A stretch of DNA of 64,000 nt from a virus: the IMG/VR virus record IMGVR_UViG_3300028800_000060, positions 32,001 to 96,000 of that record; one strand, 5' to 3'. A model generated the notes under the pieces. It did no database searches. It was not told the DNA's origin and worked only from the letters and a program-made list of their open reading frames with translations. A program made the position numbers and the translations under genes. Shown one piece after another: positions 25,110-35,302 of the stretch. Each line of letters starts with the position of its first letter. Position 1 is the first letter of the stretch.

Positions 25110-26542
25110 TTCTAAAAAACCTTTTTAATAATGAAGATTACACGAGAAAAGTAATTCCTTATCTTAAGGAAGAATATTTCAGTTCTGAAGAAAAAATCAT
25201 ATTCCGTCATTCAAATAAATTTATTTCTGAGTGGAATAAATTACCTACAGTTTCTTCTATCGCAGTTTCTGTTGATGGAGATAAAGGTGTTGGTGAAGAC
25301 ACTTATAAAGAAGTTCTTGAAGTATTAGAAAATTTAGAAACAAATGAACCTGTTGATTCAGAGTGGTTGGTAAAACAGACTGAAGAATTTTGTAAAGAAA
25401 AGGCATTGGCAAATGCTGCATTCGCCGCTGTTGGTATCCTCGAAGGCAATAATAAAAAACTAGACAAAGGTGCCATACCAGGAATATTTGAGGATGCATT
25501 AGCTATTAGTTTTGATCCCCATATAGGACACGATTATATAGAAGATTCGGAATCTCGATATGACAAGTTACATGAATCGGTATATAAAATACCTTTTGGT
25601 GTAGATATTTGTAATAAGGTAACAAAAGGTGGTGTTGCAGCAAAAACATTGAACCTAGTTGCTGGTGGTGTATATGTGGGAAAAACATTGTTCTTGTGTG
25701 ATTTGGCTAAAAATTATATTTGTAATGGAAAAAATGTTCTGTACATCACACTAGAAATTAGTGAAGAAAATATCGGCCTTCGTATTGATTGTAACCTTTT
25801 AGATATATCAATTGATGATGCTGAAGATATACCAAAAGATGTATTCCTAAAACGTGTTGAAAAAGCTCGCGCTAAAGTTCCGGGCAAATTAATAATTCAT
25901 GAATATCCTGCTACAACAGTTCATGTAAATAATTTTAGGGCATTAATACATGAACTTAAATTGAAGTTGGATTTTATACCTGATGTAATTTTAATTGATT
26001 ACATTGGTTTGATGTTATCTTGCCGTGTTAAACCTAGTGAACCATCGCATGTGATTATTAAATCGGCCGCCGAAGAATTGCGGTCATTGGCACAGGAGTT
26101 AGGAATTCCTATTTGGTCTGCGGCGCAATTGAATGCTGAAGGTATGGGGAGTTCATCTCCTGGAATGACAGATACGGCAGGATCAAAAGTTGGATTGATT
26201 GCTACTTGTGATCTTATGTGGATGATTGTTTGTAGCGATGCTTTGCGCGAATTATCGCAATTATTGGTTATACAACACAAAAATAGATATAAAGATGCGG
26301 CCGATCATCCAAAATTTTATGTTGGTATTGATCGAAAGAAATTTAGATGGTATAATGTCGAACAAAAAGGACAAACTGACCCAGAACATGTTGATCCTTT
26401 GGAAGAGGATGCAGAAATTAAGCAAGCGGTTTCAAAAAAGTATGGGATGCAAGCTTATGAAAGTGCATACAAAAACGGCAAAACAGCCCAATTTGGGCCA
26501 AGAAAACCATTAAAGGAACGTTTCAAGGAATTTAAGGTATGA
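25082..26542 (+). CDS. 41: Replicative DnaB-like helicase (gp41)
   Basis: SFDPHIGHDY, GGVYVGKT, IHEYP, IDYIG, AEELR, KNRY. Confidence 0.95.
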   Translation: MPESRIETIILKNLFNNEDYTRKVIPYLKEEYFSSEEKIIFRHSNKFISEWNKLPTVSSIAVSVDGDKGVGEDTYKEVLEVLENLETNEPVDSEWLVKQTEEFCKEKALANAAFAAVGILEGNNKKLDKGAIPGIFEDALAISFDPHIGHDYIEDSESRYDKLHESVYKIPFGVDICNKVTKGGVAAKTLNLVAGGVYVGKTLFLCDLAKNYICNGKNVLYITLEISEENIGLRIDCNLLDISIDDAEDIPKDVFLKRVEKARAKVPGKLIIHEYPATTVHVNNFRALIHELKLKLDFIPDVILIDYIGLMLSCRVKPSEPSHVIIKSAAEELRSLAQELGIPIWSAAQLNAEGMGSSSPGMTDTAGSKVGLIATCDLMWMIVCSDALRELSQLLVIQHKNRYKDAADHPKFYVGIDRKKFRWYNVEQKGQTDPEHVDPLEEDAEIKQAVSKKYGMQAYESAYKNGKTAQFGPRKPLKERFKEFKV

Positions 26543-26554
26543 AAGGATATTTAA

Positions 26555-27532
26555 ATGGCATTTCAACTTACACCACCGGCAATTAAAAGTATGCTTTTGA
26601 GTTTCGGTTATTCAAACGTACAAACTCTTCCATTAGGTGGAAATAAGATTTCGGGATTTTATATCGTTTTAGAATCCAAAAATGTTAGTTGGCGTGCACC
26701 AATTTTTGCCTATTTGAGAGATATAAAAATCTTTGGTGAGCCTAAATTAGGCAATTCAGGCAAAAAAGAGCATACATGGGAAACAGATTTTATCGATATT
26801 GGTGGATATAGGATTACAGCGGGACTGAAAGAACTTAAAAATATAAAAGTTTCTGCGGGTAAATCTAATGAATTAGTTTTATACCATACTATAAAAGAAT
26901 ATTTGGATCAATATAAAATAATTGATATAAAATTTCAGGAAGGTAATAGGAGATTTTTTCTTATTTCTGGTGTTACTGATGTTGCTGATGTTAGTAAGAA
27001 AACTGGGGAACGAAGAAAAAGTGATATAAACCTAACAGGTCAGTTTTCGGGCACCTTCGCACTGTCATTGAAAGAGAAAAAATTTCCTTCTTGGGAAACA
27101 GTAGAAACCTACTGGAAAGACAAACATAATGTTTTGGCTTATGCGATTGCTAATCAAAAAACTAAGGTAGAAACTATTGGTACAGAATTTTCTTTATCCC
27201 AAAGTATAGCTGTAAAATGTAAACCATTTGAAGCCCAGTCTGTTATTTTCGGTTCAGATATTCATGATAAAGGACTAATACTAACACAAACCTGGAAATC
27301 AGGTAATTTTGATTGGGATTATAAAAATAGAACACTGATTATCGAAACTGTTGATATAATACATGCTATGAGCGATGTTAGTAGTTCTATGTGGCCCTAT
27401 TTTCAATTGAGAAATCACAGTGGCCATAAATCAAAATTTCTTCCCGGAGTACATGCTTTAGCAGTTCCTTTTGATAATCTATCGTCAAAGGATGTTATCC
27501 TACCTGAAAGTTCTAGGACATATACAAAATGA
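26555..27532 (+). CDS. Putative PD-(D/E)XK nuclease
   Basis: GKSNE...KSDINL...ALSLKE pattern. Confidence 0.5.
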   Translation: MAFQLTPPAIKSMLLSFGYSNVQTLPLGGNKISGFYIVLESKNVSWRAPIFAYLRDIKIFGEPKLGNSGKKEHTWETDFIDIGGYRITAGLKELKNIKVSAGKSNELVLYHTIKEYLDQYKIIDIKFQEGNRRFFLISGVTDVADVSKKTGERRKSDINLTGQFSGTFALSLKEKKFPSWETVETYWKDKHNVLAYAIANQKTKVETIGTEFSLSQSIAVKCKPFEAQSVIFGSDIHDKGLILTQTWKSGNFDWDYKNRTLIIETVDIIHAMSDVSSSMWPYFQLRNHSGHKSKFLPGVHALAVPFDNLSSKDVILPESSRTYTK

Positions 27533-27933
27533 GACATGATCGATTTATGAATACTGTTTTCCAAATTGCTCAAGAACTTCCTAAAACATCGGACCAGAGA
27601 GTTGCGGCAATTATAGCGTATAAGAATAATACCATTTCTGTTGGATGCAATCAACCCAAGACGCATCCAATGGTTGCGCAGAATAACTGCCATGAATGGT
27701 GTGAATATCTTCATGCCGAAACAAGTGCAATTATAAATGCATTACGGCAAATTAGTTCTAGAAAATTGGCTAAATGTGTTATGTATGTGTGCCGTGCCAA
27801 ATATAATAATGGCTCATATACTTGGGGAATTTCCAAACCGTGTATAGACTGTAGGAAGTTCTTGCAGAATTACCCAGTACATCGGGTATATTATAGTACT
27901 GAAGAAATAGGAGTATATGAGGTCCTTAAATAA
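27529..27933 (+). CDS. Zinc-dependent cytidine/dCMP deaminase-family protein
   Basis: HAE and KPCIDC. Confidence 0.85.
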   Translation: MRHDRFMNTVFQIAQELPKTSDQRVAAIIAYKNNTISVGCNQPKTHPMVAQNNCHEWCEYLHAETSAIINALRQISSRKLAKCVMYVCRAKYNNGSYTWGISKPCIDCRKFLQNYPVHRVYYSTEEIGVYEVLK

Positions 27934-28621
27934 AAAGAAGAAAGTGGTGCGTGGCTCGGAATTGGCCGGATACGGGTATCGCACAAAACAATGTGGTGCT
28001 GCTCTTTTAAAGATGACTGAAAAGAGGATGCAACTGAAGTGGAAATTAGATATAGTTTGTGCTGAATATGACCGCTATATCAAGACACAAGAATTAGATG
28101 CAAGTTTACTTGGAAATCCATTTAACTATAATCGTTTGAATGAGGACGAACAAGCGTTTGTCTGGGGTTTAACATTGAATGGTGTGGGTGGTGGAGACGA
28201 TAGTAAAGAAGGATACGAATTTAAAGCCGCCGAATATACGGGAATAAATAAGCGAACAAAGAAATTGAACGCACATTCAATGTCTTTTAATGGTAAGCCG
28301 GTATTCGATACTAAACGTAAAACACTGGATTATCTTGCCGATTATTTGTCTCATATTAAAGGTATCAAAATTGCAATAAGAACACCTATTGGCAAATATC
28401 TGCATTTTGAAAGTAAAATGAATGCCGCGACTAGACAGATCCTCTTGGCACATGGAGAAGAAAAGTATGAAGCATTACAAGAGGGTAGGAAAGATCCGCG
28501 CATGAATACCAAAATTACAACTTCCGAATTGCTAGCAATAAATAATCTTAAACTTTTAAAGGGAACAAATGAAGCTTTTGCAAGGCGATTTCTCGGAGAT
28601 ACCTATAACGAGGTTGTGTGA
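27917..28621 (+). CDS. Putative restriction-endonuclease-like protein
   Basis: GGGDD..GYEFK (PD-ExK-like), KDPR; overlaps the MTase gene. Confidence 0.45.
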   Translation: MRSLNKKKKVVRGSELAGYGYRTKQCGAALLKMTEKRMQLKWKLDIVCAEYDRYIKTQELDASLLGNPFNYNRLNEDEQAFVWGLTLNGVGGGDDSKEGYEFKAAEYTGINKRTKKLNAHSMSFNGKPVFDTKRKTLDYLADYLSHIKGIKIAIRTPIGKYLHFESKMNAATRQILLAHGEEKYEALQEGRKDPRMNTKITTSELLAINNLKLLKGTNEAFARRFLGDTYNEVV

Positions 28622-29297
28622 TTTAATTTGTTGTGATCCGCCATATAATATTTCTAGAGAACTTCATTGTTTGGATTGGGAAGGAAATACAATTCCGACA
28701 ATGAAGTTCGATAAAGATGATGATTGGGATTCAAAAACGCGCGAAGAATACATCTCGCTATTAAATCAATGGACATGTATTTTTGGTAAAGTTTTAAGGC
28801 CGGGTGGCCAATTTCTTTCATTTTGTGCTGATAGATATATTTCCCATTATTGGGAAGCATTAGAAAAAAATGGTATCATACCAAAACGAATATTTACGTG
28901 GGTAAAACCTAATGCTGTTCCATTTAATAGGAAATTTACTTTTTTGAGTAGTTGTGAATATGCACTCTGGGGAAATAAACCAGGTAAAAACAAAACATTT
29001 AATTATCAAAAAGAAAACCAACACAACTACAAAATATTGTCTGTAGTTCCCGGTAATAGATTACATCCAAATCAAAAACCTCTTGAGATCATAAAGTATT
29101 TTATTGAAACTTTATCCAATTCCGGTGATGTTGTTTTAGATCCTTTTATGGGTTCCGGAACAACAGGTGTGGCTTGTGTAGAAACGGGCCGAGATTTTAT
29201 CGGTATAGAAAAAGATGAGAAGTATTTCCAAATAGCTAAAAATCGGATAGAATCGACCGAACCAGAAACAGATTTTATTGATCGTTTTATGAAATAA
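28569..29297 (+). CDS. N4-C/N6-A DNA methyltransferase (beta class)
   Basis: DPPY, HPNQKP, VLDPFMGSGTTG, IGIE. Confidence 0.92.
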   Translation: MKLLQGDFSEIPITRLCDLICCDPPYNISRELHCLDWEGNTIPTMKFDKDDDWDSKTREEYISLLNQWTCIFGKVLRPGGQFLSFCADRYISHYWEALEKNGIIPKRIFTWVKPNAVPFNRKFTFLSSCEYALWGNKPGKNKTFNYQKENQHNYKILSVVPGNRLHPNQKPLEIIKYFIETLSNSGDVVLDPFMGSGTTGVACVETGRDFIGIEKDEKYFQIAKNRIESTEPETDFIDRFMK

Positions 29298-29336
29298 AGT
29301 TGTTTCCCTATTTGTTGTGTGTTAAACTATGATTGT

Positions 29337-30446
29337 ATGAAGAACACACATTTGCCCCATGTCGAAGATATGTTATTTATAACTGGAAGTCCGATTATAC
29401 CGGTCACATATCTTGAATCGATGTACCATTTTCTAGTTGGAAGACCCGAAATATTGACAACGGTAACCATTAAATATGACGGGTCTCCTGCTTTTGTTTT
29501 TGGAAAAGATCCTGAGAATGGTAAGTTTTTCTTGGGTACAAAAAGTGTCTTTAGTGGAAAAGTAAATTATTGTATCGGAGATATTATCCGGAATCATAAA
29601 AATCCTGCATTACAGATTAAACTCGAGGATCTTTTTGATGCATTAAAAGATATCGAATGGGATGGAGTATATCAAGGTGATTTACTTTGGACCGAAAACT
29701 CTAAGACGTATACAGATACCCAGTTTTCTTTTTGTCCCAATACACTGAGATACATTTTTCCAAAAAGTATTGACTCTGAAGTTGGAGCAGTAATCCATAC
29801 AAAATACTTAGGTGACACTTTCAAAACGATGAGGGCTGTCTTTGATTTTGATTTCCCAGTATATCAGACAACAAAGTACTTTTTATTTTCTCCCGAATAT
29901 GTTCCATGCCTTGATGGAATTTCGGAACAAGAAAATAGTTATTTGCGGTTTAAATTGAATTTCTTATATGAAATTTGTAAAGATTATGATCGCGAACGTT
30001 TTGCGGTAATTATGGCAATCAGAAACCCAAAATTTTTGGAAATATTCCAAAAGTATGTAAATCTGTCTGTGAAAACCGCGCACACAATTACTGCGGAGGG
30101 TTTTGTTGAATATTTGAGAAAAGAATTTTTAAAGCATGCTGATTCTCTGAAGTCCCAAAAGGGAAAAGAAAACGCCATTTCGGAATTGAATGCTTTTCAA
30201 GCTTCATTCGATTACAATGAACTTATTAGGGTTATAGAATTTTATAACTTAGTTACCGAGTTGAAAGTTGAAATGATTCGGAAACTTGACACTCATTCAA
30301 ATTATCTGATCTATTTACCTACAAATGTACCTTGTGGTCATGAAGGATATGTTATGAATAAATTTGACGTTCCCGTGAAGTTTGTGGATCGCAATACATT
30401 TTCGGCTGCTAATTTTAATAATGAAAAGGCGTGGTTGTTAAAATGA
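29337..30446 (+). CDS. Conserved T4-like phage protein with ligase-like KxDG motif (DUF6267-like)
   Basis: NTHLPHVED, KYDGSPA, FFLGTKSVF, YQGD, HEGYV, KFVDR..FSAANF. Confidence 0.75.
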   Translation: MKNTHLPHVEDMLFITGSPIIPVTYLESMYHFLVGRPEILTTVTIKYDGSPAFVFGKDPENGKFFLGTKSVFSGKVNYCIGDIIRNHKNPALQIKLEDLFDALKDIEWDGVYQGDLLWTENSKTYTDTQFSFCPNTLRYIFPKSIDSEVGAVIHTKYLGDTFKTMRAVFDFDFPVYQTTKYFLFSPEYVPCLDGISEQENSYLRFKLNFLYEICKDYDRERFAVIMAIRNPKFLEIFQKYVNLSVKTAHTITAEGFVEYLRKEFLKHADSLKSQKGKENAISELNAFQASFDYNELIRVIEFYNLVTELKVEMIRKLDTHSNYLIYLPTNVPCGHEGYVMNKFDVPVKFVDRNTFSAANFNNEKAWLLK

Positions 30447-31051
30447 CACAATTACCAGGAAATGAACATGCGTTGATGGTATTTGGTAGATTTCAACCAG
30501 TGACACTTGGTCACGATGCATTATTTCAAAAGGTGTGGAATCTATTCTATGCGCGTCCATACCGAAATGATTTTATCTTTATTTCTCCTACGGTCGACCA
30601 CAAAAAGAATCCTCTATCTCTCAAAGATCGGTATAACGTTCTCACTAAGTTATATCCGTATCACAATATAATTGCTGATCCTGAAATTAAAAATCCTTTT
30701 CAGGCAGTTGTTTGGTTAGGAAAACAAGGATATACCAAAATCGATATTCTCTCGGGACCAGACCGTGTAGACAAGTATGCATCGTTTTGCCAATACATTA
30801 ATCATCCTGATCCAGAAAAATGTATTACTAATGTTCAGGAAATAAATATCATTTCTTTTGGAGTGCGTGATCCTGATTCAGATGATAACATTCAAAAAAT
30901 CAGTGGTACCGCTGCGCGACAAGCTGTTAAGGATAATGATTTTATTAGATTTTCTAGTATGTTGCCCCATTGTTCCTTAGAAGACCAAATCCAGATATAT
31001 ATTAGTATACGAAAAGGATTAGGTCTAAATGAAACTTGCAAGAGACATTAA
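30443..31051 (+). CDS. Cytidylyltransferase-like (HIGH-superfamily) nucleotidyltransferase
   Basis: FGRFQPVTLGH, KNPL, GPDR, RDPD, ISGTAAR. Confidence 0.85.
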   Translation: MTQLPGNEHALMVFGRFQPVTLGHDALFQKVWNLFYARPYRNDFIFISPTVDHKKNPLSLKDRYNVLTKLYPYHNIIADPEIKNPFQAVVWLGKQGYTKIDILSGPDRVDKYASFCQYINHPDPEKCITNVQEINIISFGVRDPDSDDNIQKISGTAARQAVKDNDFIRFSSMLPHCSLEDQIQIYISIRKGLGLNETCKRH

Positions 31052-32237
31052 TTTCGGCGATAGAACAGCCAATGAGGATTGGACACAAAAAGTATCCTCT
31101 ATGGTAGAGAACACACATACTGCTCCATCATATTCATTTGCGGCATATTGTGAAGCTATAGAATCTGGAAAAAGAAAAAAGTATTTTGAAGAAGAATTCC
31201 ATCTTTCAGAATGCCGTAATGAAATTTTTGGTCCTGATAATGGTTGTGAATGTTGCTCTGGCACTGGATGGATGCCAGTAACAAAATCGAATATGGATGA
31301 ACCCTTAAGATCATTGTGGGTTCAAGCTGAAGAAGATACTCCCACCGAAGATGGTTTCCATCTAGTTCCCTGCCCCAAATGTAATCCTATCCGAGAAGAA
31401 CTTGACGAGCATATCGTTAAAAAGGGTTCTCAATTTGAACTTAAATCCAAAAAATCTGGTAAAAATTTAGGTACATACCATAGTAAATCTGGCGCTTTAA
31501 AGCGAGAACGCCAGGTTGAATATTTTAAACACCTTCACGAACATGAAGCTATAGGCCAATGGGCACCTGATAAAGTTCCAGATACTCGTCCTCTTCCTTG
31601 GAGATTACACGAAGATCATCCTCTTCCAGGACATCCACCCGATACTGGTTTTTCTGATTATGTAAAACCCGGCCATGAGAAACCTGCTGTGAGTGAAGAT
31701 ATGCAACCTAGCCAATATAATAAGACTCAGAGCCAAGCAAAAAAGGATCAAAAGAAAGCAGGAGAAACCAAAAAAGATCCTAATGCACCTAAGAAAGATC
31801 CGAATGAAACTGAGGAAGATCGTAAGGAAAAAGGAAAAGAAAAACGAGAAGAAAAAGAACGTTTAAGAAAATCAAAGAAGTTATTACCTTACGAATTTAC
31901 GGACCAGAAAGATGCTGAGAGAACTGCTGGGCACATGGGTATTCACGGCGCACATGCTACAGGAAATGGTATCTATAAACCTGGAACATCGGATTCTTCG
32001 CTGCGCGATGCTGTAGCGAAGAAAAAAGCGAAACAAAAAACTTACGGTAAATTAAAAGAAGATGTTGATACTGGCGTTCGTAGTACTGTAAGTGTTAATG
32101 ACCCATATGCGCTAGATAAAGGTAATTGCCACGAAGATCGCGATTATATGCATGCTGAAAATCCTAAAACGGATGGCGAACGATTACCTGAAATGGTTCA
32201 AAAAATTAAAGAATGTGTTATTTGGAAAAAACTATAA
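31029..32237 (+). CDS. Charged low-complexity protein, probable internal head protein
   Basis: Multiple (L/I)xE sites; KSGKNLG...RERQVEYFKH module; CxxC pairs. Confidence 0.6.
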   Translation: MKLARDINFGDRTANEDWTQKVSSMVENTHTAPSYSFAAYCEAIESGKRKKYFEEEFHLSECRNEIFGPDNGCECCSGTGWMPVTKSNMDEPLRSLWVQAEEDTPTEDGFHLVPCPKCNPIREELDEHIVKKGSQFELKSKKSGKNLGTYHSKSGALKRERQVEYFKHLHEHEAIGQWAPDKVPDTRPLPWRLHEDHPLPGHPPDTGFSDYVKPGHEKPAVSEDMQPSQYNKTQSQAKKDQKKAGETKKDPNAPKKDPNETEEDRKEKGKEKREEKERLRKSKKLLPYEFTDQKDAERTAGHMGIHGAHATGNGIYKPGTSDSSLRDAVAKKKAKQKTYGKLKEDVDTGVRSTVSVNDPYALDKGNCHEDRDYMHAENPKTDGERLPEMVQKIKECVIWKKL

Positions 32238-32241
32238 GCAT

Positions 32242-32703
32242 ATGAGAACTTTGAGGCGTATAAAGGAATTAATAGAAGAGGCACAACAAGAATTATTAAT
32301 TCCTCGGGGTCAATTTAGTATACCGAGACATCAAATGCCTCAAATTTCTCAAGTTGACCGAGAAGAATATTTTGATCTACTCCGCATGCGCGGTATTACC
32401 GTGGTACATAAATATGTTTTGGCTAAAGACCTTCGGGCGGCTCAGAATGAAATTGATGAAGTACGCGTTAGAGAATGGATCAAACATATGCCCCATAGAG
32501 CAGAAATAAAACCATGTTTGGTTTCTATTGACAATTATGTTTTGGATGGCAATCATACTTGGTTAGCATTTTTAAATCGTGACCCATATTCGTATGTTGG
32601 ATGTTGTATGATCGGTTTAAATTTCCAAGATCTGATAAATACTACTAGATTATTTGATAAGGTTACAAATAAAACTATTAAAGAGGAAAACACCAATGTA
32701 TGA
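32242..32703 (+). CDS. ParB/Sulfiredoxin-like N-terminal domain protein
   Basis: PRHQMPQI, QNEI, VSIDNYVLDGNHTW. Confidence 0.7.
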   Translation: MRTLRRIKELIEEAQQELLIPRGQFSIPRHQMPQISQVDREEYFDLLRMRGITVVHKYVLAKDLRAAQNEIDEVRVREWIKHMPHRAEIKPCLVSIDNYVLDGNHTWLAFLNRDPYSYVGCCMIGLNFQDLINTTRLFDKVTNKTIKEENTNV

Positions 32704-33097
32704 TATGTTTGATAATCCGGCTTTAGTCGAAAAGATTGCCAAGTTTTTACAGAAACCAAAACCTGAGGTGATTTCTGAAAATGAAGAATTACAGGAAGTT
32801 TCTGCACCTGGTCAAGAATCATGGATAAAGGCAAACAAAGCCCGCTTTGAAAAGGAATATGGAGTAGAAAAAGGAAAAGAAGTTCTTTATGCAAAAGCCT
32901 GGAAAATGCATGAAGAAGAAACAGAACACGACCAAAAGAAAGTAGCGGTATCACCCCGTCATGAAGATGACTCTAAGGTTCTATTAGAAAAGGGAAAGAA
33001 GAAAGACGTGGATGAAGCAAAGGAAAAAATTATTTTTGATCCTGAGGTCCATCCAGACAGAATTAACGAACCTGATAAAAATCAGAGAACAGTTTAA
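32696..33097 (+). CDS. Hypothetical charged protein (possible internal protein)
   Basis: GAGG RBS; FEKEYG..KGKEVLYAKAWK. Confidence 0.6.
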   Translation: MYDMFDNPALVEKIAKFLQKPKPEVISENEELQEVSAPGQESWIKANKARFEKEYGVEKGKEVLYAKAWKMHEEETEHDQKKVAVSPRHEDDSKVLLEKGKKKDVDEAKEKIIFDPEVHPDRINEPDKNQRTV

Positions 33098-33108
33098 AGG
33101 AAAAAAAT

Positions 33109-33672
33109 ATGTCTATTTGGACAAGAACAACACCACCTAAATTTGCACCACATGCTGTTGCCGGTAAAGATGGCTGGATACACCCAGTTTCAAATGAAGT
33201 ATTAGAAACATTCGGTGACGGATCTTCTAATAAACCAACTGTAGTAACCACACCAACAATCAATAGTGTTAAGTTATATAAAGGATTTGTGGTTGCGAGT
33301 GGTGAAACAGTAGCCGATAAAAGAACGCACGTGGTAACTAAAGATGTAATAACACTTGCAGTTCAATTTAATTCACAAGTTGTGGTAACTGGTCAACCAT
33401 ATATTGTAATAAACTTTAATGGTTCTCCAAAAAATGCACTTTATCTTCCAAAACGAGGTTTTGATTTTGGGGAAGATACAACTCACACTACTGGTGGAAC
33501 GGCCACATTACTTTTTTACTACACAATTGCATCTGCTGTTGTTGCCACATCAGGACAAGTGGTAGTATTAAGTCCAGTTCAACTCGGAACAGGAACAATT
33601 AAGAGCTTGTTAAAGGGTAATAATGCTACGCTAACATTTACTCCTCCAGTTCTTACTATAGCGGCTAATTAA
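33109..33672 (+). CDS. Putative virion structural beta-rich protein
   Basis: GWIHP..EVL N-terminal motif; V/T-rich Ig-like body. Confidence 0.55.
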   Translation: MSIWTRTTPPKFAPHAVAGKDGWIHPVSNEVLETFGDGSSNKPTVVTTPTINSVKLYKGFVVASGETVADKRTHVVTKDVITLAVQFNSQVVVTGQPYIVINFNGSPKNALYLPKRGFDFGEDTTHTTGGTATLLFYYTIASAVVATSGQVVVLSPVQLGTGTIKSLLKGNNATLTFTPPVLTIAAN

Positions 33673-33681
33673 GGAACAAAT

Positions 33682-34152
33682 ATGTCCCTCGATCAACATT
33701 TCCAAAAATTCCTAAAAGAGGACAATACAAATCCGACAATACCGTCAACTGGTAATATATTGGATGGTTTAAATTCTGAAGAACAAAACCATTTGTTATT
33801 GATGGTGAATAGCATGCTTTCGGCATTAACAGATATGCCAGCAATGAATCCCTATTACATTGTTGAACGAATTAAAACTCGGTTAAAAATAATGTTGGGA
33901 CTTTCATTTGATGATACCTTTTTTGTGGGTGAATATGGTTCTTTTGAAAAACCTCTTTACGCGTATAACGATGTAGTTTCTGTATATGGTGGTATGGTTA
34001 ATCCAAAACCAGATAATGCTTGGTGTAAACTTTTCCCACATGGTCTTACATTGAGAGTTCATTTTCTAAAATCGGGAACATTGTTTAATGTTAATGCTGA
34101 GGTTGTACCATCAACAACACCCGGAGTAGCACCCCCTATTTCGGAAAACTAA
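33682..34152 (+). CDS. Hypothetical virion-associated protein
   Basis: TAAGGA RBS; FQKFLKED N terminus. Confidence 0.6.
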   Translation: MSLDQHFQKFLKEDNTNPTIPSTGNILDGLNSEEQNHLLLMVNSMLSALTDMPAMNPYYIVERIKTRLKIMLGLSFDDTFFVGEYGSFEKPLYAYNDVVSVYGGMVNPKPDNAWCKLFPHGLTLRVHFLKSGTLFNVNAEVVPSTTPGVAPPISEN

Positions 34153-34161
34153 CTATATTAG

Positions 34162-34563
34162 ATGAAAAAAGAAAATCTTACCGAAAAGAATTTTACTAAT
34201 TTTGCCATATCGGTGTATACAAACATACATTGCCGCGGAAAAGAAGAATTCAATGATGATTTGCTCCTGATTAAATATATCAAAAGACTTTTTAGGAAGT
34301 ATAACGAAAATGGAGAAATCGATCAACTTCGGTTAAGATTAGCATTAAATCATATTATAATTTTCTATAATGTTTTTGAGATGGAATCGGCAACAAGGAT
34401 TTTATTTTTTAAAATAGAACCTGAATTACATTCCATCTTAAAAACATTTCTGGTTTTTTTAAATTATATGCCAGCTATAGTTCATGGTGTAAATGGTAAA
34501 GATATTTTGTCCAAAAATATTCCATTGATAGAAACGATTTTTACGAGGTTGAAAACAGCTTAA
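34162..34563 (+). CDS. Conserved T4-like phage hypothetical protein
   Basis: EFNDDL..IKYIKRLF, RLALNHIIIFYNVF, LKTFLVFLNY. Confidence 0.75.
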   Translation: MKKENLTEKNFTNFAISVYTNIHCRGKEEFNDDLLLIKYIKRLFRKYNENGEIDQLRLRLALNHIIIFYNVFEMESATRILFFKIEPELHSILKTFLVFLNYMPAIVHGVNGKDILSKNIPLIETIFTRLKTA

Positions 34564-34797
34564 ATGAAATCATATCGTAATTTAAAAGAAGATATCGGTC
34601 TTTCGACAGGTATTGGCCTGGCCGGTATTGATATGCCTTTAGGTGCCCCTGTTCAAAAAAGAAGAAATAATGGATATAATAATGACATTTCTTTGGCTCA
34701 CCGGATTTACGAATCCCTTGGTATTTGCGAGTACTGTTTGGAACCAATGACTATGAATTTGAAAGAAGGAAAATTAATCTGTAAGACTTGTAAATAA
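34564..34797 (+). CDS. Small hypothetical protein
   Basis: MKSYRNLKED; CxxC pairs. Confidence 0.55.
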   Translation: MKSYRNLKEDIGLSTGIGLAGIDMPLGAPVQKRRNNGYNNDISLAHRIYESLGICEYCLEPMTMNLKEGKLICKTCK

Positions 34798-34806
34798 AGG
34801 AAAACT

Positions 34807-35253
34807 ATGCCAAGTGCAGCCCAATCCCAAGTATTAGAAATAAAAAATGATTTAGGAACGGTAAAAAAAGATATTTCACGGTTCGAACGATATTATGAAA
34901 AAGTTAATTCAGTAATGGAAGAAATAAAAACTGTTATTACCACACATGATAGTAAACTTAGTTTGTATCACGATGATATCGTTGAGGTAAAACAGAAGAT
35001 GGAAACACAAGGTGAGAAGATTTCGGATTCGATTACTAGTATGAAACAGGAATTATTGCATGAAATAATTAAAACACGTGAAGAATCGGATTCAAGAATT
35101 AGAACATTGGAATATTGGAGATACATAATTGCAGGTGGAGCCATCATCATTGGTTTATTTGCAACCACATTATTCCAGAATATCATGCATAAGGCGATAG
35201 AACCGGCAATAGCACCAACAACAATTGAATTGCAACAACATCCAGAAAAATAG
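34807..35253 (+). CDS. Coiled-coil protein with C-terminal TM (holin/XhlA-like architecture)
   Basis: RIRTLEYWRYIIAGGAIIIG. Confidence 0.6.
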   Translation: MPSAAQSQVLEIKNDLGTVKKDISRFERYYEKVNSVMEEIKTVITTHDSKLSLYHDDIVEVKQKMETQGEKISDSITSMKQELLHEIIKTREESDSRIRTLEYWRYIIAGGAIIIGLFATTLFQNIMHKAIEPAIAPTTIELQQHPEK

Positions 35254-35302
35254 TTGTTTTTCTTTTCATTATGTGTTACACTATAATTAGTGAGGTTTAT
35301 TT

